A stretch of DNA of 64,000 nucleotides from an uncultured Actinomycetota bacterium (GTDB lineage: Bacteria; Actinomycetota; Actinomycetes; Mycobacteriales; Mycobacteriaceae), in assembly GCA_963787635.1 (NCBI GenBank), contig CAWBDP010000009.1, positions 397,768 to 461,767 of the forward strand, given 5' to 3'. The position numbers and the translations under genes were made by a program. This document shows, one piece after another, positions 1-9,993 of the stretch; positions within the stretch are counted from its first letter, which is position 1, and every line of letters starts with the position of its first letter. The notes beneath the pieces were generated by a model that ran no database searches, was not told the origin of the DNA, and was given only the letters and a program-made list of their open reading frames with translations.

Positions 1-49
1 TGGCACACTCTGTGCTGACTTACCGGACAACCACAGAGGGGTATCGGCG

Positions 50-919
50 GTGCCGACCAATGAACAGCGACGTGCGTCAGCCAAGCGCAAACTCCAACGC
101 CAGCTGGAACGCCGCGCCCAGCAGGCTCGTCGGCGCCGGATCCTGACCCTGGCCGGCCTGGGGGTCGCGGTGGCCGTCGTGATCGCCGCAATCGTGACCA
201 CCGTGCTGATGACTGGCAATGACCACTCCAAGTCGACGCCGGCGGCCGCCTCGACGACGCCTTCGGATGCGGTGCCGCCGGCGCCGCCGTTGCCGTCGTT
301 CACGCCATCGGCCAACCTGGGCGCCAACTGCGAGTACCCGGCGTCCCCGGAGCCGGCCAGCAAGCCGGTGAATCCGCCGCGGACAGGCAAGGTGCCCACC
401 GACCCCGCCCAGATCAGTGTCAGCATGGTCACCGATCAGGGGAATATCGGTCTGCTGCTGGCCAACAACGAATCGCCGTGCACGGTCAACAGTTTCGCGA
501 GCCTGGTGGCACAAAAGTTTTTCGACAGCACCAGCTGCCATCGGCTGACGACGGCGCCGACGCTGAATGTGCTGCAGTGCGGTGATCCCAAGGCTGACGG
601 TCATGGTGGGCCGGGCTACCAGTTCGCCAACGAATATCCCAGCGACCAGTACAAGCCCGGCGATCCCGCGCTGGACCAGCCGGTCGTCTATCCGCGCGGC
701 ACCCTGGCGATGGCCAACTCCGGAGCCGACAGCAACGGCAGCCAGTTCTTCTTGGTGTACAAGGACTCTCAGCTACCGCCGCAGTACACCGTGTTCGGCA
801 AAATCCAAGACGACGGCCTGGCCACGTTGGACAAGATCGCCAAGGGCGGAGTCGCCGGCGGCGGTGACGACGGCGCACCTGCCATCAAGGTCACCATCAC
901 GTCGGTGCGTCTGGACTGA
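50..919 (+). CDS. ppiB: Cyclophilin-type peptidyl-prolyl cis-trans isomerase B, N-terminal membrane anchor (Rv2582 ortholog)
   Basis: Basic N-terminus MPTNEQRR followed by a TM helix; cyclophilin motifs CHRL..LQCGDP, GTLAMAN..NGSQFF and YTVFG; position next to relA. Confidence 0.93.
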   Translation: MPTNEQRRASAKRKLQRQLERRAQQARRRRILTLAGLGVAVAVVIAAIVTTVLMTGNDHSKSTPAAASTTPSDAVPPAPPLPSFTPSANLGANCEYPASPEPASKPVNPPRTGKVPTDPAQISVSMVTDQGNIGLLLANNESPCTVNSFASLVAQKFFDSTSCHRLTTAPTLNVLQCGDPKADGHGGPGYQFANEYPSDQYKPGDPALDQPVVYPRGTLAMANSGADSNGSQFFLVYKDSQLPPQYTVFGKIQDDGLATLDKIAKGGVAGGGDDGAPAIKVTITSVRLD

Positions 920-945
920 CGCGCTCTGAGTGAGCAGGAGTTCTT

Positions 946-1767
946 GTGGACGAAATGACATTCGGGCGGCTCCGATTGATCACCGCGGCGGTGCTGGTGG
1001 CGGTCGCAGCGGTGGGCTGCGGGGCGATCACCAGTCGCCGCTCCACAACGACGACAACGCACACCTGGGATCGGACGACGACGCCGAGCGCCTTCGCGAC
1101 CACCCCGTCGGCGCCGATAGCCCCGGGCCTTGCGCCACTGCCCCCGTTCGTGCCATGCGCCGAGCTGGGCGCCAACTGTCAATATCCGCCGTCGTCGGAC
1201 CCAGCCGCCAAGCCGGTGTCGGCGCCGAGGTCAGGCAAGGTGCCGACGGACCCCGCCCAGGTCAGTGTCAGCATGGTCACCGACCAGGGCAATATCGGTC
1301 TGCTGCTGGCCAACAACGAATCGCCCTGCACGGTCAATAACTTCGTCAGCCTGGCCCAACAGAAGTTCTTCGACGACACCAGCTGTCACCGGCTGACCAC
1401 GTCACCGGGACTCAGCGTGCTGCAGTGCGGTGATCCTAAGGGCGACGGTAGCGGTGGACCGGGTTACCAGTTCGCCAACGAATATCCCAGCGACCAGTAC
1501 CAGACTGGCGACCCCGCGCTCGACCGGCCGGTCGTCTACCCGCGTGGCACCCTGGCGATGGCCAACGCCGGACCGAACACCAACGGCAGCCAGTTCTTCC
1601 TGGTGTACAAGGACTCTCAGCTACCGCCGCAGTACACCGTGTTCGGCAAAATCCAGCCCGACGGGCTGGCCACCCTGGACAAGATCGCCGCGGGCGGAGT
1701 CGCCGGCGGCGGCGGCGACGGCACACCCGCCACCAAAGTCACCATCACGTCGGTGCGCCTGGACTGA
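946..1767 (+). CDS. Second cyclophilin (ppiB paralog), probable lipoprotein with Thr-rich linker
   Basis: Catalytic domain nearly identical to 50..919. New N-terminus has a hydrophobic stretch ending AAVGC (lipobox-like) and then a Thr/Ser-rich linker. Confidence 0.88.
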   Translation: MDEMTFGRLRLITAAVLVAVAAVGCGAITSRRSTTTTTHTWDRTTTPSAFATTPSAPIAPGLAPLPPFVPCAELGANCQYPPSSDPAAKPVSAPRSGKVPTDPAQVSVSMVTDQGNIGLLLANNESPCTVNNFVSLAQQKFFDDTSCHRLTTSPGLSVLQCGDPKGDGSGGPGYQFANEYPSDQYQTGDPALDRPVVYPRGTLAMANAGPNTNGSQFFLVYKDSQLPPQYTVFGKIQPDGLATLDKIAAGGVAGGGGDGTPATKVTITSVRLD

Positions 1768-1795
1768 CGCGCCGCTGCGGTGAGCAGGAGTTCTG

Positions 1796-3795
1796 GTGGA
1801 AGAAACGACATTCGGGCGGTACCAGTTCTCGAGCTTCTGGGCCGCGGCGCCATGGGCGAAGTCTTCCGTGCGCACGACACTGCCACCGACCGGGTCGTCG
1901 CGATCAAACTGTTGCCGCCGCAGCTGGCCGAAAACCTGGCGTATTAAGCAGCGATTCCGCCGCGAAGCGCGCACGGTCGGCAGGGCTCAACGACCCACAC
2001 GTGGTGCCCATCCACGATTACGGCGAGATCGACGGCCGGCTCTACGTGGACATGCCGTTGATCGAAGGCCGCGACCTGAGCCACGCTGCATCACCGAGGG
2101 TGGCCGAATGCATCCCGCTGGGGCGGTCGCGATCATCGAACAGGTCGCCGCGGCGTTGGACAGCGCCCACCAGGTGGGGTTGGTCCACGGCGATGTCAAG
2201 CCGTCGAACATCCTGGTCGACGCGCGGGAATTCGTCTATGTGACCGATTTCGGGCTCGCCCGGCTCGCCGGCGGCCCCGCGACGGCGAACACTGGGCCCA
2301 CGGGGGGCACCCTGGCCTACATGGCACCCGAGCGCCTCAGCGGAACCACTGACCCTCCTCCGACGTGTATTCGCTGGCCTGTGTGCTGCACGAGTGCCTG
2401 ACCGGGCAACGGCCCCGCCCCGGTGACAGTCTCGAACAGCAGCTCACCGACCACTTCAGCGCCCCGCCGCCGCGACCGTCGGCCAGCTGCCCGGATCTCC
2501 CCCGGCATTCGACGCGGTCATCGCCCGCGGGATGGCCAAGGACCCCGCCGAGCGCTATCAGACCGCGACAGAACTGGCCGACGCCGCGCGTGCAGCGCTG
2601 ACCAACTCCTTCGGCGCGGCACCGCCGCCGCCCGGCCCCACCGAACACGCCATGTGGCCCTCCGCCCAACCCGGCACCATCGCCGCACCGGCGTATGCGG
2701 GATCGCTTGCGCCACCGTCGGTTCCGGTCCGCATCGGCCGCTATCTCTTGATGTTCCTGATTCTGGTGGTCAGCGGCTATCTGGTGATCACGCTTGTCGC
2801 CGGCCACCACCGCGCCCAGCCCGGCATCGACCAGCTCGGGGGTACCCGGATCACGCTGACGGCACGCACCTCCGACGGCTCACCGCCCACGCCCGGGGCG
2901 CTGTCTGCAAGCACAGCACACCATCAGCGCCCGGGCCAAGGGGCTGGGGATCTCGGATGCACAGGTCGTCATCGTGGGCGACAACATCGTCGTGACGGTG
3001 CCCGGCAATAACGCCGACGAAGCACGCAGTCTCAGCCAAACCGCCCGGTTCTACATCCGGCCGGTGATCCAGGCGGTCCCGGCGGGACCTGCCCCGACCG
3101 GCGGCCCGTCGCCGGCACCGACCCCGCCGACCGGTCAAAGCGTTGCCGAGCGCATCGCGATAGAACGGCAGTTGCGGCAGAGCACCAACAAGCGAATTCA
3201 GTACATCGCGCTGGAGTTACAGGCCAGCCGGTGCGACGAGGACGACGTGCTGGCCGGCAATGACGACCCCAGCCTGCCGCTGATCACCTGCTCGACCGAC
3301 CACAAAAGCGCCTACCTGCTGGCGCCGTCGACCATCAGCGGCGACCAGATCCAAGACGCCAGCTCGGGCCTCGACAGCCGCAGCGGCGGCTACGTCGTCG
3401 ACCTGCAGTTCAACGGGCCCGCGGCCAGCACCTGGGCCGACTACACCGCCGCCAACATCGGAACCCAGGTCGCATTCACGCTGGACACCCAAGTCGTCAG
3501 CGCACCGTATATCCGGGAAGCCATCCCGGGCGGACGAACCCAGATCACCGGCGGTGACCCGCCGTTCACCAAAGATTCCGCACGCCAGCTGGCCGACGTC
3601 CTCAATTACGGGCCGCTGCCATTGGCATTCGAACCATCAGCTGCTGAATCGGTCCCGCCGAAACCTGGTGCGGCGAAAACGGTTTCGACGTGGCTGCCGG
3701 CAGCACGGACAGCGGGTGCGGTCGGACTGCTGTTGGCACTGATCGGCGCGCTGGTGATCTTGTACCTTCCCCGGTTTCGCCGGCCGCGCGTCTAG
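1796..3795 (+). pseudogene. Ser/Thr protein kinase fused to SecD TM1-periplasmic-TM2 region; about 7 frameshifts (about 666 aa if repaired)
   Basis: Stitching frames gives GRGAMGEV, VAIK, HGDVKPSN, DFG, YMAPE and DVYSL..LTG. A TM helix follows, then [62 protein letters not shown] matching SecD at 9994..11805. Shifts near 1827, 1945, 1985, 2089, 2360, 2503 and 2910. Confidence 0.8.
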
Positions 3796-6230
3796 GCCGC
3801 GGAGGTAATCCGGTAGACGTCGTAGACACCTTCGACGTTGCGGACGACGTCGAGCAGATGGCCGAGGTGCTTGGGGTCGCCCATCTCGAAGGTGAACCGG
3901 CTGATCGCCACCCGGTCGCCCGACGTGGTCACCGACGCCGACAGGATGTTCACCTTCTCGTCGGCCAGCACGCGCGTCACGTCTGACAGCAGCCGGTGCC
4001 GGTCCAGCGCCTCGACCTGGATGGCCACCAGGAACACCGACGACGGTGACGGCGCCCAGTGCACCTCGATGATCCGCTCGGCCTGCTGTTGCAGGGATGC
4101 GGCGTTGGTGCAGTCGGTCTGGTGCACGCTGACCCCACCGCCACGGGTGACGAAGCCCATGATCTGGTCGCCGGGGACCGGTGTACAGCATTTCGCCAGC
4201 TTGGTCAGCACGCCCGGGGCGCCGGGAACCGCCACCCCAATGTCGTCGGTGCTGCGCTGGCGCCGCGGCATGGTGGTCGGAGTGGACCGCTCGGCGAGCT
4301 CCTCCTCGGCCTGGTCGATGCCGCCCAACTCGGCCAGCAGGCGCTGCACGACATGCCGCGCCGACGCATGCCCCTCACCGATCGCGGTGTACAGCGCGGA
4401 CACGTCAGCGTAGTGCAGTTCGTTGGCCACGGCGGCCATCGAACCGCCACTGACCAAGCGCTGCAACGGAAGTCCGCCGCGGCGTACCTCGCGGGCCATC
4501 GCCTCTTTGCCGGTCTCCAGCGCCTCCTCGCGCCGCTCCTTGGCGAACCACTGCCGGATCTTGGTCTTGGCGCGCGGTGACACCACGAACTGCTGCCAGT
4601 CCCGCGACGGCCCGGCGTTGGCTGCCTTCGACGTGAAAACCTCGACCAGTTCCCCGTTTTCCAGCTTGCGTTCCAGCGCCACCAGCCGGCCGTTGACCCG
4701 GGCGCCGATGCAGCGGTGGCCCACCTCGGTGTGCACCGCGTAGGCGAAGTCCACCGGTGTCGATCCGAGCGGCAGGGTGATCACGTCGCCCTTCGGGGTG
4801 AAGACGAAAATCTCCTGCACCGCGAGGTCGTAACGCAGCGACTCCAGGAACTCGCCCGGGTCGGCAGCCTCCCGCTGCCAGTCGAGCAGTTGACGCATCC
4901 AGGCCATGTCGTCGATCTCAGCAGCGGCTTGCAGATGCGGAATCCCGTTGCGGCCCTTGGCTTCTTTGTAGCGCCAGTGCGCAGCGATGCCGTACTCGGC
5001 GGTGCGGTGCATGTCGCGGGTGCGGATCTGCACCTCCAGCGGCTTGCCCTCCGGCCCGACGACGGTGGTGTGCAGCGACTGGTAGACACCGTATCTGGGC
5101 TGGGCGATGTAATCCTTGAACCGACCGGCTAACGGCTGCCACAGCGAATGCACCACGCCGACAGCGGCATAACAGTCGCGGATCTCGTCACACAGGATGC
5201 GGATACCGACCAGGTCGTGGATGTCGTCGAAGTCGCGGCCCTTGACGATCATCTTCTGGTAGATCGACCAGTAGTGCTTGGGGCGGCCCTCCACGGTCGC
5301 CTTGATCTTCGACGCGTTCAAGGTGGCGACGATCTCGGCGCGCACCTTGGCCAGATAGGTGTCCCGCGACGGCGCCCGGCCGGCCACCAGCCGGACGATT
5401 TCCTCGTATTTCTTGGGATGCAGGATGGCGAACGACAGATCCTCCAGCTCCCACTTTACCGTCGCCATACCGAGCCGATGCGCAAGCGGCGCAATAACTT
5501 CCAGTGTTTCGCGGGCCTTGCGGGCCTGCTTCTCCGGCGGCAGGAAGCGCATGGTCCGCATGTTGTGCAGCCGGTCGGCCACCTTGATCACCAGCACCCG
5601 CGGGTCGCGGGCCATCGCGATGATCATCTTGCGGATCGTCTCGCCCTCGGCCGCACTGCCCAGCACCACCCGGTCCAGCTTGGTCACGCCGTCGACGAGG
5701 TGGCCGACTTCTTCGCCGAACTCCTCGGACAGCGCCTCGAGCGTGTAGCCGGTGTCCTCGACGGTGTCGTGCAGCAGTGCGGCCACCAGCGTGGTGGTAT
5801 CCATGCCCAGCTCGGCCAGGATGTTGGCGACGGCCAGCGGGTGGGTGATGTAGGGATCTCCGGAGTGGCGCACCTGGCTGGCGTGCCGCTGATCGGCCAC
5901 GTCGTAGGCGCGCTGCAGGATCGACAGGTCGGCCTTGGGGTAGACCTCCCGGTGCACGCCCACCAGCGGTTCCAGCACCGGGTTGAGCGCGCTGCGCTGG
6001 GCGGTCATCCGGCGGGCCAGCCGGGCCCGGACCCGCCGCGACGCGCTGGTGGTGGTCTTGACGGTCTCCGAGCGCGGCGACGGTTCGGGCTCGGCCTCCG
6101 GAGCCTCGGTGCGAGGCTCGGTCTCCGCCGGCGGCTCGGTGCCCGGGTCGGTCTCCTGGAGCACGTCGGAGTCCGGCAGTTCTTCGGTGACCGGCTGCAC
6201 AGCTTGGGCCGTGCCCTGGTTGTCCGCCAC
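3792..6230 (-). CDS. relA: Bifunctional (p)ppGpp synthetase/hydrolase Rel
   Basis: HD motif (ALLHDTVED), synthetase, TGS and ACT domains. Start placed at GTG 6230 behind a GGAGG RBS (ORF track extends to 6239). Confidence 0.97.
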   Translation of the reverse strand: MADNQGTAQAVQPVTEELPDSDVLQETDPGTEPPAETEPRTEAPEAEPEPSPRSETVKTTTSASRRVRARLARRMTAQRSALNPVLEPLVGVHREVYPKADLSILQRAYDVADQRHASQVRHSGDPYITHPLAVANILAELGMDTTTLVAALLHDTVEDTGYTLEALSEEFGEEVGHLVDGVTKLDRVVLGSAAEGETIRKMIIAMARDPRVLVIKVADRLHNMRTMRFLPPEKQARKARETLEVIAPLAHRLGMATVKWELEDLSFAILHPKKYEEIVRLVAGRAPSRDTYLAKVRAEIVATLNASKIKATVEGRPKHYWSIYQKMIVKGRDFDDIHDLVGIRILCDEIRDCYAAVGVVHSLWQPLAGRFKDYIAQPRYGVYQSLHTTVVGPEGKPLEVQIRTRDMHRTAEYGIAAHWRYKEAKGRNGIPHLQAAAEIDDMAWMRQLLDWQREAADPGEFLESLRYDLAVQEIFVFTPKGDVITLPLGSTPVDFAYAVHTEVGHRCIGARVNGRLVALERKLENGELVEVFTSKAANAGPSRDWQQFVVSPRAKTKIRQWFAKERREEALETGKEAMAREVRRGGLPLQRLVSGGSMAAVANELHYADVSALYTAIGEGHASARHVVQRLLAELGGIDQAEEELAERSTPTTMPRRQRSTDDIGVAVPGAPGVLTKLAKCCTPVPGDQIMGFVTRGGGVSVHQTDCTNAASLQQQAERIIEVHWAPSPSSVFLVAIQVEALDRHRLLSDVTRVLADEKVNILSASVTTSGDRVAISRFTFEMGDPKHLGHLLDVVRNVEGVYDVYRITSAA

Positions 6231-6296
6231 GTCCGTCACCTCCGACCTCGAGGATATCGCCTCGAGCCCCGTTTTCCCGCCTACGTCGTCCCTGGG

Positions 6297-6842
6297 CTAG
6301 ACGCGATGCAGGCTGCGGACCGGCAGCGGCTGCAGCAGTCCGCGGCCGCCCAGCGCCGTCAGCTCGAGCACTACCGCGGCCACCGGCACCGTGGCACCGC
6401 AGCGGTCCAGCAGCCGGTGCGCGGCGGCGAGGGTGCCGCCGGTGGCCAGCACGTCGTCGACGATGACGACGTTGCGTCCGGCCAACTCGATCCCGTCGGC
6501 GGGGATCTCCAGTGCGTCGCTGCCGTACTCCAGGTCGTAGGTCTGGGTGTGGACCGGCGGCGGCAACTTGCCCTTTTTCCGGATCGCCAGCACCCCGGTG
6601 CCGAGCCGGATGGCGACGGCGCCGGCAATCAGGAACCCGCGGGCGTCGATGCCGGCCACCAGGTCGGCTCCGGCGCAGATTTCGGCCAGCGAGCCGGCCA
6701 CCGCGGCCAGCCCCCGGGGGTCGGCGAACAGCGGGGTGAGGTCCTCGAACTGGACGCCGGGCGTGGGAAAGTCGGCCACTTCGCGGGTCAAGGACCCGAT
6801 CAGCTCAGCCAGCGCCGGGTCGGCTGAGTCGGCTGAGATCAC
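6297..6842 (-). CDS. apt: Adenine phosphoribosyltransferase
   Basis: [26 protein letters not shown] motif [12 protein letters not shown]; GTG start overlaps the upstream TGA. Confidence 0.95.
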   Translation of the reverse strand: MISADSADPALAELIGSLTREVADFPTPGVQFEDLTPLFADPRGLAAVAGSLAEICAGADLVAGIDARGFLIAGAVAIRLGTGVLAIRKKGKLPPPVHTQTYDLEYGSDALEIPADGIELAGRNVVIVDDVLATGGTLAAAHRLLDRCGATVPVAAVVLELTALGGRGLLQPLPVRSLHRV

Positions 6843-8494
6843 CGCACCAGCACCCAGCGGTCCATGTTCCAACCGGCGCCCCAGCGCGTCGGGCTGGCCG
6901 TCACCGCGTACATCTTTTTCGACGTCACCAGGGTGCGCTGCTGGCGGTACAGCGGCAGCGTCGGCAGATCGCCCCACAGCACCGGGGCGCTCTGCCCGAG
7001 CAGGCGCACCTGTTCAGTCGGATCAGCGGATACGGCGAGCGCGCTGATGATCCCGTCGATCTGCCCGTTGTTGTAGCCGGCCAGGTTGTTGCCGTTGGCG
7101 CTGAACAGGTCATAGGCGTCCATCGCCGACGATCCGGTCGATCCGCTGCCGGTTGCGCCGCCGGTGCCGGCCAGCAGCACGTCGATCTTGCCGTCCCGCA
7201 GCGTCTGCGGGCCGACGGAGTCCGAGGTGACGTCGGAGACGGAGATCCCGGCCGGAGCGCAGGCTCTGGCGATGGCCCCGACAGTGGCGGCCAGCCGCGC
7301 GTTAGGCGCCCGGTAGCCGATCCGGATCGCCAACGGCTTGCCGGCCAGCACATCCCGGGCCGCATCCGGGCTAGAGCGGATGAACTGGGTGGCCTCAGGT
7401 GCGGCACCTTCGGCCTGCGCAACGGCATCCTCGCTGGTGGTATGCAGTCGCGTGTTGGCGATGGGCACCATGGCGTCGCGCGCGATCACGTCACGCGGCG
7501 TGCACAGCGACAATGCGCGCCGTGCGGGAGTCTGCGACAGCGGGCCGTGCGGAGCGAAGATCAGCTGCTCGATGCCCGCCGCCGGTGCATTGGTGAGCTG
7601 GTAGCTATCCGGGGTCAGCAGCGATCCCGACGACCCGGTGGCGACGTCGACGACGTCGACCGACTTGTTGTTGATCCGGTCCTGAATGTCGGCTGATTGC
7701 GGCCTCACTGTGATCCGTTTGGTGGCAGGCTTGGTCCCCCACCAGCGGTCGTTCGCGACGAGCACCACCGCCCCCCCGTCCAGGACCGAGTCGATCTTGT
7801 AGGGCCCCGAGGACGGGAAGTGCTTGGCGTCGAGGTTGGGTTTGAGATCCCAGGTCATGTTCCACAGTCGGGCGATCCGGTCCACCACCGGCATGTTGTT
7901 GCTCAGCAGCGCTCCGGTCACGTCGACGCCCAGCAGGTCGCCGATGACGTGCGACGGCATGATCGAGGTGGCGGTGAAAAGCTGGTTGTAGTCGACCACA
8001 CTGTGGTCCGGGGCAAACGAGATGCGCGCCTTCTTCTGCCCCGGCCGGCACTCCAGGTTCGCGATGTCGGCGTAGCCAGCGCGGCTGGCGGCGTCGAATC
8101 CGGGGAACCGCCCAGACTGGGCCGCCCAGGTCAGCACCAAATCATCGCAGGTCACCGGCTTGCCGTCGGAGTAGACGGCATTGTCGGCGATTTGGTAGTC
8201 CAAAACCAGCGGTGCGCCGCCGACCACTGAGATCGTGCCGAAGTCGTGGTCGGCGACAACCTGTCCGTCGGGTCCGTGGTAGCCGAAACCGGCGAGGGTG
8301 CGGGCGAAGGCCTGCGCGCCGGCCGATGCAGCTCCGTTGACGGTGTTGGCGTTGTAGGTGGACAGCGCCCCGTCCACCACGTAGTCGATCTGGCCGGCGG
8401 CGCTCCCGGAACACCCCGCGAACGCGGCGGGTCCTACTGCCGCCAGGGTGACCGCCAGCCAGGTGGGAGCCACGCGCCGACGCCAGGGGGCCAT
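6839..8494 (-). CDS. ABC transporter family-5 substrate-binding lipoprotein (Rv2585c-like)
   Basis: Signal peptide ending AFAGC; SGPYKI motif; lies between secF and apt; start trimmed to ATG 8494. Confidence 0.88.
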   Translation of the reverse strand: MAPWRRRVAPTWLAVTLAAVGPAAFAGCSGSAAGQIDYVVDGALSTYNANTVNGAASAGAQAFARTLAGFGYHGPDGQVVADHDFGTISVVGGAPLVLDYQIADNAVYSDGKPVTCDDLVLTWAAQSGRFPGFDAASRAGYADIANLECRPGQKKARISFAPDHSVVDYNQLFTATSIMPSHVIGDLLGVDVTGALLSNNMPVVDRIARLWNMTWDLKPNLDAKHFPSSGPYKIDSVLDGGAVVLVANDRWWGTKPATKRITVRPQSADIQDRINNKSVDVVDVATGSSGSLLTPDSYQLTNAPAAGIEQLIFAPHGPLSQTPARRALSLCTPRDVIARDAMVPIANTRLHTTSEDAVAQAEGAAPEATQFIRSSPDAARDVLAGKPLAIRIGYRAPNARLAATVGAIARACAPAGISVSDVTSDSVGPQTLRDGKIDVLLAGTGGATGSGSTGSSAMDAYDLFSANGNNLAGYNNGQIDGIISALAVSADPTEQVRLLGQSAPVLWGDLPTLPLYRQQRTLVTSKKMYAVTASPTRWGAGWNMDRWVLVR

Positions 8495-8498
8495 CGGG

Positions 8499-9989
8499 CT
8501 ACTGCCGGCCGATTTGTCGCTTGCCGGTGGGCCGCCGATGACGGCTGCTGGTGGGCCGCACCGGTCGTGCGCCCGGCGCCGGCTTGCTGGGAGCCACCAC
8601 GGTGTCCGCGGTGTCCGCCTCGGCCCCGGTGTGTCGCGGCTCGGGCACCCCAGCGTCGTCAGGGACTGTTTCGGCGGTCTTTTCGGTGGTCTTTTCAGCA
8701 GTCTTTTCCGGGGTCTTTTCAACGGTTTTTGCCGCAACCGTTCTGGACGCCGCCCTGCCGGAGGCCCTACTGGAGACCTTGTCGGTGCGCCTCCGGGAGC
8801 CTTTCCTGGCGCCCCGGCGGGAGCCGTTCTTGGCGGCCTTCCGGGAGACCCCGTCTTCTTCGGCGATTGCGGCGCCGGGGTTGCGGCGCCTGGTCACCCG
8901 CCGGGTGTGGGTGCGCACCAGCCCCGTGCGCTCACGCAGCGTGACCAGCAACGGGGTCGCGAAAAAGATCGACGAGTAGGTGCCGACGATGATTCCGACC
9001 AACTGCACCAGCGCCAGGTCTTTCAACGTGCCCACACCCAGCAGCCACACCGCCACCACCATCAGCGCCAGCACCGGCAGCACCGAGATCAGGCTCGTGT
9101 TGATCGAGCGCATGAAGGTCTGGTTGACCGCCAAGTTGGCCTGCTCGGCGAAGGTGCGCCGGGTGGTGTGCTGGAAGCCGTGGGTGTTCTCCTCGACCTT
9201 GTCGAACACGATGACGGTGTCGTAGAGGGAGAACCCCAGGATCGTCAGTAGCCCGATGACGGTGGCTGGGGTGACCTCGAAGCCGACCAGCGAGTAGACA
9301 CCTGCGGTGACGGTCAGGTCGAAGCACATGGTGGCCAGCGCGGACAAAGCCATGAAGAGCTCGTAGCGCACAAAAATGTAGAGGCCGACCAGGGCCACGA
9401 ACACAACCAGGGCGATCAGGGCTTTTTCGGTGATCTGACCGCCCCAGGTCTCCGACACCGCCGAGTCGCTGATGGCTTTCTTGTTGGGTTTGCCGTCCTG
9501 CGTGGGCTGGAACCGATCGAACAGCGCGTTCTTGAGCTTGGTGGTCTGGTCGTTGGTCAGCGTCTCCGAACGGATCTGCACCGTTGCCGAGCTGCCGCTG
9601 CCGACGATGACCACCGATTCGGGCTGCATGCCCAGGGTCTGTCGGAAGACGTCTTCGACCTGCGCGACCTGGGCCGAGCCTGTCGCGCCGACGACCGGCA
9701 TTGATACCTTGGTGCCGCCCTGGAAGTCGATCCCGAATGTGAACCCGCGAACGATGATGCTGATGATGGCGATGGCGACCATCGCCCCGCCGACGCCGTA
9801 CCAGAGCTTGCGCCGCCCTACCACCTCGAATGCGCCCGTGCCGGTGTAGAGCCGGGAGAAGAAGTTGTGGTGCGGCAGCCCCCCGGCCCCCTCGACGTCG
9901 TCGGCGTCCGGGACGGCTCCGGTGGTTTCGGTGAGCTCCTCGGCGTCGGTCGCTTCGTTGTCGGCGCTCGTGTTCGCTTTGGAAGCCAT
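8499..9989 (-). CDS. secF: Protein translocase subunit SecF with long basic C-terminal tail
   Basis: FGIDFQGGT, SLYDTVIVFDKVEEN, RSINTS motifs; start at ATG 9989. Confidence 0.96.
   Translation of the reverse strand: MASKANTSADNEATDAEELTETTGAVPDADDVEGAGGLPHHNFFSRLYTGTGAFEVVGRRKLWYGVGGAMVAIAIISIIVRGFTFGIDFQGGTKVSMPVVGATGSAQVAQVEDVFRQTLGMQPESVVIVGSGSSATVQIRSETLTNDQTTKLKNALFDRFQPTQDGKPNKKAISDSAVSETWGGQITEKALIALVVFVALVGLYIFVRYELFMALSALATMCFDLTVTAGVYSLVGFEVTPATVIGLLTILGFSLYDTVIVFDKVEENTHGFQHTTRRTFAEQANLAVNQTFMRSINTSLISVLPVLALMVVAVWLLGVGTLKDLALVQLVGIIVGTYSSIFFATPLLVTLRERTGLVRTHTRRVTRRRNPGAAIAEEDGVSRKAAKNGSRRGARKGSRRRTDKVSSRASGRAASRTVAAKTVEKTPEKTAEKTTEKTAETVPDDAGVPEPRHTGAEADTADTVVAPSKPAPGARPVRPTSSRHRRPTGKRQIGRQ
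8677..8736. repeat. 12-bp in-frame tandem repeat (gtcttttcNNNN x4-5) encoding EKT-X repeats in the SecF tail
   Basis: gtcttttcggtg / gtcttttcagca / gtcttttccggg / gtcttttcaacg / gtttttgccgca. Confidence 0.8.
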
Positions 9990-9993
9990 CTCG

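Noticed and set aside
5148-6827. 559-aa ORF antisense to relA/apt, and similar long antisense ORFs at 15539..16873, 17573..18691, 50617..51777 and 52147..53313
   Set aside because: Shadow ORFs expected from high-GC codon bias; no motifs; fully overlap well-supported genes.
8495-8737. N-terminal extension of the SBP lipoprotein
   Set aside because: Overlaps the secF tail; the signal peptide and lipobox fit a start at 8494.
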